From: a virus
Direction: 5' to 3' (one strand)
DNA: 64,000 bases
IMG/VR virus record: IMGVR_UViG_3300036398_002581
Coordinates: 5,570 to 69,569 of that record
Positions 8,610-17,108 of the stretch are shown piece after piece. The notes beneath the pieces are model-generated. The model worked only from the letters and a program-made list of their open reading frames with translations. It made no database searches and was not told the origin of the DNA. Every line of letters starts with the position of its first letter. The first letter of the stretch is position 1. Position numbers and translations under genes: made by a program.

Positions 8610-8883
8610 TGTTGTCTGCTCCAGTAGCTACACTCATCTTACCAAGTCGGGCCTCCCTCTCGGCGGGACTCCAAGTAGCGCGAATCTTGGCGCATTCCAG
8701 GCGTATCTGAGCCGGGGTCGGCAGGTAGAAATCCGGCTCGGGGCGATCCGGTAGGCCAAGAAGGCCGGCGGCCACCGCCAGCTCGTCGACCGTGAACTCC
8801 AACTCGACGCAGATTTCCTCTGTCGTTGAGTCGCCCTTCCAGAGCCGTCGCAAAGCACGCTTCTGGTTGGCCGAGAGGATCAT
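8458..8883 (-). CDS. GcrA-like HTH protein (paralog of 11209..11544)
   Basis: LRRLWKG...EICVEL; PTPAQIRLECAKIRATWSPAER. Confidence 0.6.
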   Translation of the reverse strand: MILSANQKRALRRLWKGDSTTEEICVELEFTVDELAVAAGLLGLPDRPEPDFYLPTPAQIRLECAKIRATWSPAEREARLGKMSVATGADNNAGESRIGDRSKRGAADDPQRRRHRRGRSVVVRANDRKKRGRRVRQGRVR

Positions 8884-9752
8884 GGCAGGATTGCGACGTA
8901 CCTCGATCCGGGGTTCAGAAAGAGCTGGTAGCCGGCCCGCTGCATCGAGCGGTGCAGGAAGACATGCTCGCAGTCGCCGCCCTCGTAGGTGCCTGCCAGG
9001 AAAGCCTCCCGGCGATAGAGGCACAGGCCGCCGAACGCCGAGTTCATCGGGATCGGCGGAGTGCCGACGGGCGGCATGAACAGGTGGAACCACGCATGAA
9101 GCCGAAGGTCTTCCCAAAAATTCGGCCTCGCTGCCCAGGCGTCGTACTGGGCCGCTCCGTAGACCCCCGGCGACTCCTCCCGCATGAATAGCGAGCAGCT
9201 CGCCATCGCCCCCGGCTCGCGAAGACGGAGCGACGAACCGAGCATCTCGCAGAACCATCCGAGGCTATTCAAAACGCCGTCCACGCTGAAACCGCCGTGC
9301 GGGTCGGTGTCGAGCACCATGACATACCCGGCGTCGGACGCATGTCGCCGCACCCACTCCTGGCACTTGGTGCGGCACTTCGCCAGCCGAACCGTCCGCT
9401 CTGGCTCAAACCCTCGGGCGTCCTCGCCCCCCAGGCGGTCGTGCTCGACGGTGACCCACTGGCGTATCGCGAAGTCGTCGAGCACGTCGCCGGTCCCGTC
9501 GGTCGAGTCATTCTCGTAAACGTAGTAGACGCAGTCCCGCCACAGCCCCGCCAGCTCGTCCACGAGCCGCAGCGTGTTCTTCAAATGCGGCATCGAGTTC
9601 CTGGCGATGCTGACGATCGCCAGCTTCTGCCTGCGGGCCTCCACCCGACCGAATTCGATGTGCTCGCGGTAGCTGGCGAGGTAGTTGTCGCTAACAGACC
9701 ACATGTCCTCGGGGCGTCTGATCGTCATGCTCGGGCTGTACTGGAGATTCAT
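8880..9752 (-). CDS. glycosyltransferase, GT-A fold (CAP59/GT69-like)
   Basis: ARN, YENDSTDGT, VLDTD (DxD), SAFGGLCLY, CEHV. Confidence 0.75.
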   Translation of the reverse strand: MNLQYSPSMTIRRPEDMWSVSDNYLASYREHIEFGRVEARRQKLAIVSIARNSMPHLKNTLRLVDELAGLWRDCVYYVYENDSTDGTGDVLDDFAIRQWVTVEHDRLGGEDARGFEPERTVRLAKCRTKCQEWVRRHASDAGYVMVLDTDPHGGFSVDGVLNSLGWFCEMLGSSLRLREPGAMASCSLFMREESPGVYGAAQYDAWAARPNFWEDLRLHAWFHLFMPPVGTPPIPMNSAFGGLCLYRREAFLAGTYEGGDCEHVFLHRSMQRAGYQLFLNPGSRYVAILP

Positions 9753-10369
9753 CGCAGAATTGCCTCCATGAGTGAGGCGCGGCGGTCGGGGAGCGTGGTG
9801 GCGTGAAAGAAGCGACAGCCGGCGAAACCCCTGGGGTCTCTGGCGTGCGGATTCCACTCATACGGCAACTCCGCCCAGGCCCGGCCCGCGGGAACCGACA
9901 CGGGCGTGGCGTCGGGGTCGCCGCCGAGGGCCGCGATCAGCGCCGCCTGCTCCCACCAGCCGGAGGATCGGCGAAAGCTGTCAAGCGGCCAGAGGCTCTC
10001 GAGCAGTTTAACGGCCTCGGGCCGCGCGAGCCATACGCCGCAGTTCGGGACGGCTCCGTCTGCGGTGTGATGCACTACCAGCCCCATCGGAGCGTCGGCG
10101 GGCAGGTCGTCGAGGATGTCCTTGTCGTACTCGACCACGCCGACATCGGCGTCCAGCCAGAGCACGGCGTCGTAGCCGCCCTTCAGGAGCGACAGGATCA
10201 GCGGAATCTTGCCCCACGACACGGGCCGGCTCATGCTGCGGAACTGCTCGCCAGAAGGTACGAACAGATCGTACCCGTGCTCCTGGGCATACCTCGCAAA
10301 CGTCGGCAGCACTGCGTCGAGTAGTTCGGCCATCGGCCCCAGCCCGAATGTGGTGAGCGCCTTCTTCAT
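9749..10369 (-). CDS. glycosyltransferase (GT34, GMA12/MNN10-like)
   Basis: YAQEHGYD, WGKI, WLDAD, NCGVW, WEQAAL. Confidence 0.8.
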   Translation of the reverse strand: MKKALTTFGLGPMAELLDAVLPTFARYAQEHGYDLFVPSGEQFRSMSRPVSWGKIPLILSLLKGGYDAVLWLDADVGVVEYDKDILDDLPADAPMGLVVHHTADGAVPNCGVWLARPEAVKLLESLWPLDSFRRSSGWWEQAALIAALGGDPDATPVSVPAGRAWAELPYEWNPHARDPRGFAGCRFFHATTLPDRRASLMEAILR

Positions 10370-10887
10370 CTCCACCCCACGAACAGGGCGCGACCCTTGG
10401 AGTCAGTATCAATCCCGGTCGTGCTGAACTTCGCCGCCACCGCCGCCTGCATGGCGTCGTCAAGCTGCTCGAAGTCGTGGATCGCCAGGATGCTGCTCGT
10501 AATCTCGACGCAGCCCAGGTACTCGAGGAACGCCGCCGGCCCGTGGACCGCGTCATGAAACACAAGGTCGAATTGCCCCGGATGACACTGAGCCAGATAG
10601 GACGCGGCGTCCACGGTAACCGGGCTGATGTTCGTGATCCCGAGGCTCGCCCAGTAGGTCGATCGCATCGCCTCGGCCACGGTGTCTGACAGGTCAACCG
10701 CCGTGATCGCAGACTCCGGCGAAGCCAGGGCCATCGCCGCGGCCGACAGCCCCCTATGGCTGCCCAGCTCGAGGATTCGCCACTGCTTGCCTTCGACGGC
10801 CTCGCACAGCATGCGGATATGCCGCCGGTCGGTGGTCATCGGGTGCGAGTCATCGATGGACTCGACGAATTCACGCCAATCGCTCAC
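10366..10887 (-). CDS. class I SAM-dependent methyltransferase (Methyltransf_24-like)
   Basis: ILELGSHRGLS, FDLVFHDAVH. Confidence 0.8.
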   Translation of the reverse strand: MSDWREFVESIDDSHPMTTDRRHIRMLCEAVEGKQWRILELGSHRGLSAAAMALASPESAITAVDLSDTVAEAMRSTYWASLGITNISPVTVDAASYLAQCHPGQFDLVFHDAVHGPAAFLEYLGCVEITSSILAIHDFEQLDDAMQAAVAAKFSTTGIDTDSKGRALFVGWR

Positions 10888-11177
10888 GATACGTTCTCCA
10901 GAAAATGCCTCGCCTCGGCCGCCGAGGTCACGACGGCCACCGGGCATCCTGCCGCCGAGAGTTCACGCATTCTGTGGAGCTGGATTTTCGTCGGCTCTTC
11001 GCCTGGGCGTTTGCACTCAAGCCAGAACGCGCGGCCGTTCTTGACCATGAGCACGTCAGGGACGCCGGCCATCGAATAGGCGTTCCCGTGGAACTTCGTC
11101 GCCCAGAAGCCCAAGGCTCTTCCTTGAGCCATGACATTTGCAACGATGGTTTTCTCCAGGGGAGCTTTCCGTTGCAT
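10884..11177 (-). CDS. VRR-NUC domain nuclease
   Basis: GVPD..., WLECKRPG...Q. Confidence 0.85.
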   Translation of the reverse strand: MQRKAPLEKTIVANVMAQGRALGFWATKFHGNAYSMAGVPDVLMVKNGRAFWLECKRPGEEPTKIQLHRMRELSAAGCPVAVVTSAAEARHFLENVS

Positions 11178-11183
11178 CCCCTG

Positions 11184-11212
11184 ATTGTCTGCTACAGAAG
11201 CCTTACGGTCAA
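11184..11212 (-). promoter_or_regulatory. putative promoter TTGACC-17-GACAAT
   Basis: Sigma70 consensus similarity. Confidence 0.5.
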
Positions 11213-11544
11213 GACGAAAACATGTACTGTTCGCGGTGGAAGTAGAAGTGCGGCACCTCGACGGGGTTGCTGCGATAGCCGACGAGCCGAGACCTACGCT
11301 CCTCGGGCGTCCACGTTGCGCGGATGGCGGCGGATCGCTCGGCTATCTCCTCGGGGGTCGGGTCCGGGGTCTCTGTGCTCCTGGCGGCAGTGAACTGCGG
11401 CGGTCGTAGCCCCAGGCGATGCTTGCGGACGAGGTTGTAGAGGTGTCCGCGGGTGCAGCCGAGCTGCTCGCAAATCTGGTCGCTCTTCATCTCGCTCTTC
11501 CAGAGATGCGTCAGGTACTTGAGATCGATGGGCGGGCAGTGCAT
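11209..11544 (-). CDS. GcrA-like HTH protein
   Basis: LTHLWKSEMKSDQICEQLGCTRGHLYNLVRKHRL; PTPEEIAERSAAIRATW. Confidence 0.65.
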   Translation of the reverse strand: MHCPPIDLKYLTHLWKSEMKSDQICEQLGCTRGHLYNLVRKHRLGLRPPQFTAARSTETPDPTPEEIAERSAAIRATWTPEERRSRLVGYRSNPVEVPHFYFHREQYMFSS

Positions 11545-11581
11545 GGAATCCTCCTTGAAGTGATGAGTAAAACAGCCAGCA

Positions 11582-12286
11582 TCATTGCTCGACCCATGCC
11601 AGGGTCCACCGCGACGTGCTGGAATCGTCGCCGGCCCAGAGTTCGTTGTATTGTTCTCGCTCCCATATTTCTGGCGTGTTGTGTTCGCCCATGTCGCGGC
11701 CGATGTTTTGCGTGCGGGCCAGCGTTGGGCGAATTTCATAGCGGTCGCCTCGCGTCTGCGTGTTCTGGATGACATCCCATGTAACTTCGCCCCCGACGGG
11801 CCACGCCTCGCGCATCTCGGCCCACCTGTCGGCCCATGTCGCCCAGCCCCAGGGCGTGAACCATCTGTGAGCGTCGGCACCGTCTGGCAATCCGTTGGCG
11901 GTGTTATACGCGGTCACAGAGAAGACGCGGTCGTTGTTGCCGAACTGCCTCGCCCACTCAAACCACAGGAGGCAATCCCTGGCTGGCGGCGTGTCGTCCT
12001 CGAGGTGGATGTGGTAGTCGCTCTGCGAGAAACCGATGTCCAAGGCTGCGAATATCGCCCCGTTGCAGCCGAGCTTGGCTGCCGGGAATCCGATGCTCCA
12101 CCCCTCGCTCGCATACTCCGACGCCACTGCCAGCGTCTCGTCGCACCCCAGGTCTACTATGACAGTGACGACGTACTCTTCGACGCCGTGGCACCGCTTC
12201 AGGGATTCAAGCGTTCGTCGCGTATACGCTGGCCTGCGGCAGGCGGTGACCGTGACTGTTTTTGTGTGCCTCTGCCGCTCGCTCAC
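11582..12286 (-). CDS. glycosyltransferase, GT-A fold (GT2/GT13-like)
   Basis: RRPAYTRRTLESL, IHLEDD, WGWATWADRW. Confidence 0.8.
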   Translation of the reverse strand: MSERQRHTKTVTVTACRRPAYTRRTLESLKRCHGVEEYVVTVIVDLGCDETLAVASEYASEGWSIGFPAAKLGCNGAIFAALDIGFSQSDYHIHLEDDTPPARDCLLWFEWARQFGNNDRVFSVTAYNTANGLPDGADAHRWFTPWGWATWADRWAEMREAWPVGGEVTWDVIQNTQTRGDRYEIRPTLARTQNIGRDMGEHNTPEIWEREQYNELWAGDDSSTSRWTLAWVEQ

Positions 12287-12570
12287 TTCAGTCGCTCCAA
12301 CAGCTTGCGGAGCGTGGCGGCTGTCTGGTCGTCTGGCACATAAGCCGTCCGCAGCCGCGCCTCGGCGCGATAGATCGCCTCCCGCTCCTCGTCCGTTAGC
12401 CGCAGGCGGGCGATCTCGTCGCGGGCAGCGGACGTGCAGGCGCGCTGCACCTCAATCTCGGTCGCCGCCGCCTCGAACGTCGTGCCGCAGTGAGCGAGGT
12501 GCAGGCCACGCCAATGGCGGAGGCGGGAAACAATGTCGCCCTCGTAGGCGGCTGGATCGATGGTGTTCAC
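12283..12570 (-). CDS. hypothetical protein
   Basis: GTG start; C-terminus LTDEEREAI...LRKLLERLK. Confidence 0.6.
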   Translation of the reverse strand: MNTIDPAAYEGDIVSRLRHWRGLHLAHCGTTFEAAATEIEVQRACTSAARDEIARLRLTDEEREAIYRAEARLRTAYVPDDQTAATLRKLLERLK

Positions 12571-13469
12571 TTCAGCCTCTCCAGCAGCGAGCGGAGCTTG
12601 GCTAGGCTTTTGTCCAATAGCTCGTGAGCTGCTGTTTCTTCTGGGTGGTGCTGGGCTCTTTGGGCCTGTACGCACTGAGTGGCTACCTCCACCGCCTCCC
12701 GCTCCTCGGCGGTGAGCGTGGGCGAGCGGAGCCGCATAATCTCATCCGCCATCGCATTCGCATACTTCACGCCGCACCCAGCCTCGTCTGCGGGCCACGT
12801 TGGCGTCAGCCCCGTGCGTTCCCATGCTGCTTCAATTGCGATCTCGTCTTCAGCCCGCAGCACTGGGAGCGCATAGAGCGGGGCGACAAACCAACCCCAC
12901 TCTCTGGCGGCAGCTTCGGCATGTTCCTTCAGCAAGTAGACCGCAGAACTTTCGCTGCCATCAGCGGCAACGGCGAGCCATGCGGCTGGAGCAACCGTAC
13001 CCTCGCCCTGCACACTACCCTCGCCGGGTGTAGCGTCCCGACTCATAGTAGTGTTCGTGCGTTTTTCGTCGCTTTCCTCGTATGACTGGTTCTCCCATTC
13101 AGGTCGCAGTCTGATCAGCAACGACCGCAGGATGCCGTAGTCGTCCATGCTGGCGATGCGTCCCTCCTCGACGACGAACTCCAAGGCGTCGATCTCTGCC
13201 TTGCTGGGTGTACTGCCGGTGCCATCTGCGTCCTTCGGGGTTCCCCCGTCGTTTGTGGCTTTCGCTTTCGGCGCAGCGTCATGATTTGTTCGCTCCCGCT
13301 CGCGGAGCATGGCGTCGGCATAGGTCGCTGCTATGCGAACGTATTGGCTCATCGCCTGTTCTGGCGCGATGGAGCGTGAAAGCAGCCCCGTCAGCGCCGC
13401 AGCGGCGAACGTGTCGCGGAGATCAACACGATCCGGCGATATGTCGCTTTTTGTGCGTTGTTGCGTCAT
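12567..13469 (-). CDS. mosaic hypothetical protein
   Basis: LRDTFAAAALTGLL motif; C-terminus LTAEEREAV...LRSLLERLK. Confidence 0.65.
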   Translation of the reverse strand: MTQQRTKSDISPDRVDLRDTFAAAALTGLLSRSIAPEQAMSQYVRIAATYADAMLRERERTNHDAAPKAKATNDGGTPKDADGTGSTPSKAEIDALEFVVEEGRIASMDDYGILRSLLIRLRPEWENQSYEESDEKRTNTTMSRDATPGEGSVQGEGTVAPAAWLAVAADGSESSAVYLLKEHAEAAAREWGWFVAPLYALPVLRAEDEIAIEAAWERTGLTPTWPADEAGCGVKYANAMADEIMRLRSPTLTAEEREAVEVATQCVQAQRAQHHPEETAAHELLDKSLAKLRSLLERLK

Positions 13470-13894
13470 GTCACCTCCGGTGGCTCGGGAAGTGGCATCC
13501 AGTGCGTAATCTGCGAGAGCGTTGGGTTGAGTCTTGGCAAGCCTGAGTCAGGCTCTGTGATCCAACTGACAACGTCAACGTAACGGCGACCATTGACCTC
13601 GCGAGCGGCCAGTACCCGCGACATAGTCGGCTCTCCGTCGGCGATTGATCGCCAGCCCCCACGCTCTGTCTCGTCGCCCTCGTTCATGGCGCGGTCTGCC
13701 TCGTCTGGGCAGAACGACTCCTTCGCGTATTTAAGGTCGACGACGTTGGGGTAGTGCCGCAAGAGTCTCCTCGCCTCGTCGCGAACGGCCGCCGGGATTC
13801 GCTTGATCCCGTTCGCGATGTACGGCGTCGACAGACGATAGAGAAACTCTCTCACGTTGAGGACGGCTCGAGTACGCTCGCAAGGGAGAGTCAT
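13466..13894 (-). CDS. BPSL0761-like N-terminus fused to DUF551-like C-terminus
   Basis: MTLPCERTRAV..REFL; ITHWMPLPEPP. Confidence 0.6.
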   Translation of the reverse strand: MTLPCERTRAVLNVREFLYRLSTPYIANGIKRIPAAVRDEARRLLRHYPNVVDLKYAKESFCPDEADRAMNEGDETERGGWRSIADGEPTMSRVLAAREVNGRRYVDVVSWITEPDSGLPRLNPTLSQITHWMPLPEPPEVT

Positions 13895-14259
13895 TTGCGG
13901 CACCCATCGCACAGCGTCGAAATCCACCCGCGATCATTCGGCCGCCCCGGCCTGCCGCACCGCTCGCAGGTCATGGCAGACATGGCCTCGGCCATCGAGA
14001 CAACGCCGTTGCAGAACGAGTCGCCTCCGCAGTGATAGAGTCGCAGGGTGCCGTACTTCTCCTTTACCTGCGTGAAGGAGAATGTCTGCTCGCCAGCGTA
14101 TTCCTCGTGGGCCGCGATTCGGTTGCACGCGGCCCGCAGAATGTCATACCACCCGTCGCCGCACTCGCAGCCGAATGCCATGCAACTCCCCTTCTGTTCG
14201 CGATTCGCGAACAGCGAACGGAAGTCTTCGTAGAGCTTCTGCTCAAGCTCGGGGCTCAC
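13891..14259 (-). CDS. conserved phage hypothetical protein
   Basis: CGDGW...QVKEKYGTLRLY...CERCG. Confidence 0.7.
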   Translation of the reverse strand: MSPELEQKLYEDFRSLFANREQKGSCMAFGCECGDGWYDILRAACNRIAAHEEYAGEQTFSFTQVKEKYGTLRLYHCGGDSFCNGVVSMAEAMSAMTCERCGRPGRPNDRGWISTLCDGCRK

Positions 14260-14459
14260 TGCCTCTTCTCCATCTCATTGCACCGAGTGTCCAGAGTCGC
14301 GTTCACGTCGCGGAGCGCGGTAATGAGCAGCCGCTGCTGCTGGTTTTCGATGTAACAGGACTTACACAGGCTCTCGAGGTGAGCGGCCTCTCGCTTTGCC
14401 TGGGCCAGCTTGGCCTCAATCGCACGAATTCGTTGTCTTCCGAACAACCAGTCGAACAT
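14256..14459 (-). CDS. coiled-coil hypothetical protein
   Basis: Coupled ORF. Confidence 0.55.
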   Translation of the reverse strand: MFDWLFGRQRIRAIEAKLAQAKREAAHLESLCKSCYIENQQQRLLITALRDVNATLDTRCNEMEKRQ

Positions 14460-14677
14460 TACTTCCCCTTTCTCTTCATAGGTTGAAACCGCAGCGGCGC
14501 GGGATACGTTCTCGTGCCGATGACGATGTCGCCGTTGACGAACTTGAGACTGCCGTTCTCCTTGATGTACTGTCGCACCTCGCCCGTCTCAGTGTCGGCC
14601 CAGATGCCGCACAGAATCTCGCCGCCGTCGGCGTCAAAAAGTTTTCCAGGGCCGTGTGTCTTTACGTCGAGGATCAC
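14459..14677 (-). CDS. hypothetical protein
   Basis: GGAGGAG RBS; GTG start. Confidence 0.55.
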   Translation of the reverse strand: MILDVKTHGPGKLFDADGGEILCGIWADTETGEVRQYIKENGSLKFVNGDIVIGTRTYPAPLRFQPMKRKGK

Positions 14678-15135
14678 GACTGCTCCTCCTTGCAAAACAC
14701 GCCCTCGGGCGTCAGCGTGCCCCTGCGATCCTTGATCTCGCCGTAGGCCGACTCCAGGCAGCCGTAGAGGCTCACGCCCTGCAAGGCCGAGTAGATGACG
14801 AGCGTCACGATCACGTCGCCGACGCCGTCCACGATGCCCTCGCGGTCGTTCTTGAGCGTGGCGTCAGCAAGCTCGCCAAGCTCGCTCACGGTCTTCATGA
14901 GCTGGGCCTGCGGCGTGCTGTTGGGGATGATCTGGCGGTCCCTGGCCCACTGCTCGACCTTGCCGATCAAGTCGGCGTAAGAGCCGAAATTCAGGCGGTC
15001 GACCTCGTCGGCCGCCCGCAGGAGAGCCGCGGCCTGCTGCCGCTGGGTCTCGTCGGCGGCCTTGAGCCGATCGGCCAAGTCCTCGCCGACCTTGTAGGCC
15101 GCAATGACGCGAAGCTCGTCTGAAAAACTACCCAT
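14674..15135 (-). CDS. MazG-like nucleoside triphosphate pyrophosphohydrolase
   Basis: WARDR...QLMKTVSELGELADA...DGVGDVIVTL...AYGEIKDR. Confidence 0.85.
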   Translation of the reverse strand: MGSFSDELRVIAAYKVGEDLADRLKAADETQRQQAAALLRAADEVDRLNFGSYADLIGKVEQWARDRQIIPNSTPQAQLMKTVSELGELADATLKNDREGIVDGVGDVIVTLVIYSALQGVSLYGCLESAYGEIKDRRGTLTPEGVFCKEEQS

Positions 15136-15328
15136 GTGTCCATGCCTGAATGACGTGGTGATGTCTCATGATCTGACGCACGCTGTACCCGTCGAATACC
15201 TCGTCTCGCACATAGAGATGAATCACTGCGCCGGCCGCCAGCGGCATCGCCTCACAGGTCTCCTGCACCGGACGGATCGCGCCGTCCAGAGGGCCGCCGA
15301 CAAACTCGACTCGGATGAATTCCGTCAT
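15128..15328 (-). CDS. hypothetical protein (FVGGPLDG motif)
   Basis: GGAG RBS. Confidence 0.55.
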   Translation of the reverse strand: MTEFIRVEFVGGPLDGAIRPVQETCEAMPLAAGAVIHLYVRDEVFDGYSVRQIMRHHHVIQAWTHG

Positions 15329-15341
15329 CTCTGGTCTCCAG

Positions 15342-15381
15342 GCCATCGGGGGCGGCGGAAGGAGTCGCCGCCCCCGATGGC
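15342..15381. terminator. 16-bp perfect inverted repeat (hairpin)
   Basis: GCCATCGGGGGCGGCG / CGCCGCCCCCGATGGC; no U-tract. Confidence 0.55.
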
Positions 15382-15395
15382 ACCGGCTGGGAGTA

Positions 15396-15719
15396 TCAGT
15401 TGCTATACCGGAGGACGGCGAACCAGCCGCGGCGAGCCGGCGACCATGCAACGCCTCGCTCAACGATCCGATAGCGGCCACGCATGGCCTCGTTGTAGAA
15501 ACATGCCGACTTCTCTGCCTCGAGCGGGCTGACGGTCGAGAAGCCTATGCCCTCTCGACGGCCCCCGAGCACGCGGCAGTGTTTCAGCAAGCCCGTGCGT
15601 GCGCATTCGTCGGCCGTCTGCTGGGCACTGACCACGGTCGTCGTGGTAACGACCACGTTCTGGGCGCTGGCGATAGTGGTCACGCACGCCAGAGCGAAAG
15701 CAAACAAAAACAGTCTCAT
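15396..15719 (-). CDS. secreted protein, CAP-like
   Basis: Signal peptide; EGIGFS...C...GVA...GWFAV. Confidence 0.6.
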   Translation of the reverse strand: MRLFLFAFALACVTTIASAQNVVVTTTTVVSAQQTADECARTGLLKHCRVLGGRREGIGFSTVSPLEAEKSACFYNEAMRGRYRIVERGVAWSPARRGWFAVLRYSN

Positions 15720-15775
15720 GTCGAATCCTCCGTGAAAAAAGAAACTGAACCGGCCGCATTGTCTGGACCGGGAGC

Positions 15776-15994
15776 CTATGTGTCAAGATCGTCTTCCATC
15801 CCGCCCAGAAACTTACGCATCTCGTGAGCGTAGACCTCCATAGACTCTTTGAGAAGAAACGCGGCGGTCGCCAGCCCGTGGGCGTTGACGGCCTTCGCGG
15901 CCCTCCCGAGAGTCTCGATCATGGGCATCGTCGCGACCAGCTTGTCTACCTGCACCGTCGCAGCGGCAACCATGATTCGCTCCTCGGGAGTCAT
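15776..15994 (-). CDS. hypothetical protein
   Basis: ORF in operon. Confidence 0.55.
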   Translation of the reverse strand: MTPEERIMVAAATVQVDKLVATMPMIETLGRAAKAVNAHGLATAAFLLKESMEVYAHEMRKFLGGMEDDLDT

Positions 15995-16450
15995 TCAACT
16001 AGCCTCCCAGAGAAACTTCTTTTGAAGGGGGTGCTTGTCGACGCGAGGACGAGACGGCATATTCCAGCTCCCCCCCCCCCTCTTACCAATTAGCTTCCAT
16101 CCGCTCGCCTTGAGCGTCGTACCAGACTCCGACTCAAGGATGTAGGTGATGAGCTTCCCGTACCCCAGAGCCTTCGCGGCCCTCCAGGCAGCTCCATAGA
16201 GGCAACTGCAAGCATTCGGGCAGCCGTCGCTAGCGAGCCGCGTGACTTCCAGCGTCAGCCCGTTGTCAAGATGCCGTGACACAGGTCTTCCTACCATGCA
16301 CACAGCGCGAACAGAGCCACCCTCGTCTGCGACGGCCAGAGAGAACTTGTGCCCTACTGGCGGCTTGTGATGTCGATGATGTCTCGCGACGAAAGCACAC
16401 GCCTCGTCGAAGTCGCATGGCACAACGGTAAGGCGAGGCTGAGATGTCAT
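15995..16450 (-). CDS. XF1762/Mom-like putative DNA-modifying protein
   Basis: FVARHHRHHKP, VGRPVSRHLD, EVTRL..DG..NACS.LY, ESGTTLKASGW. Confidence 0.75.
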   Translation of the reverse strand: MTSQPRLTVVPCDFDEACAFVARHHRHHKPPVGHKFSLAVADEGGSVRAVCMVGRPVSRHLDNGLTLEVTRLASDGCPNACSCLYGAAWRAAKALGYGKLITYILESESGTTLKASGWKLIGKRGGGSWNMPSRPRVDKHPLQKKFLWEAS

Positions 16451-16851
16451 GCCCCAGCCTCTTTCCATGTCCCGTCGGGCTTCAGGTCGAATAGCGAATA
16501 CTGGATGTCCAGGCGTCTCGCCAGCTTTGCCATCGTCGGGCTGAAAACAGCAACCTTGTCGTGATCTCGGTAGACCCCCTCGGTCAGGAGGCCGGCAACA
16601 CACAGGGTCGCCACGCCGCGGCGGCGGTAGGCCGTCGCCACGAACGCCTCGATCGTCGGACGCTCCTGCCAAATCTCAGACCTCGCCCAGCCGATGACCT
16701 CGCCTTGATCCAGGCAGATGGCGATCGTGCCGGCAGGCTCGCCTTCAAGCAGGGCTCGCTGGAAGTCGCTCCCAGGCCGCGTCAGGTGGTCGGCGATGAA
16801 CCGCTTCTCGGAGCGGCGCAGACGGGAGGTCTTGAGGATGAAGAGTTCCAT
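16447..16851 (-). CDS. GNAT-family acetyltransferase
   Basis: FVATAYRRRGVAT acetyl-CoA-binding motif. Confidence 0.7.
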   Translation of the reverse strand: MELFILKTSRLRRSEKRFIADHLTRPGSDFQRALLEGEPAGTIAICLDQGEVIGWARSEIWQERPTIEAFVATAYRRRGVATLCVAGLLTEGVYRDHDKVAVFSPTMAKLARRLDIQYSLFDLKPDGTWKEAGA

Positions 16852-17108
16852 TAACCAAGCCTCACATACAGCGGGCCGTTCTCGCCGACGTAGGCTCCGA
16901 GCGTGTTGAACTCGAGGAACTCGTCGGCCTCTTCGTGCGTCATCCCGTCGCGGTCAACGAGAGCCTGAACGCACTTGTCGTAGTCGTAGACGGCGACGAC
17001 GGCGTGATGATGATTCGCCGTGTAGCCGATGAACGCCGACTCGAGGCCGTCGGCCAGGAGCGCTTCGGGGTTGATCTCTGTAAGCTCTTCAAGTCGTTCG
17101 GCGCTCAT
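16851..17108 (-). CDS. conserved phage hypothetical protein
   Basis: LLADGL..AFIG...VAVYD..K...GM..EEA.EF.EFN. Confidence 0.7.
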   Translation of the reverse strand: MSAERLEELTEINPEALLADGLESAFIGYTANHHHAVVAVYDYDKCVQALVDRDGMTHEEADEFLEFNTLGAYVGENGPLYVRLG

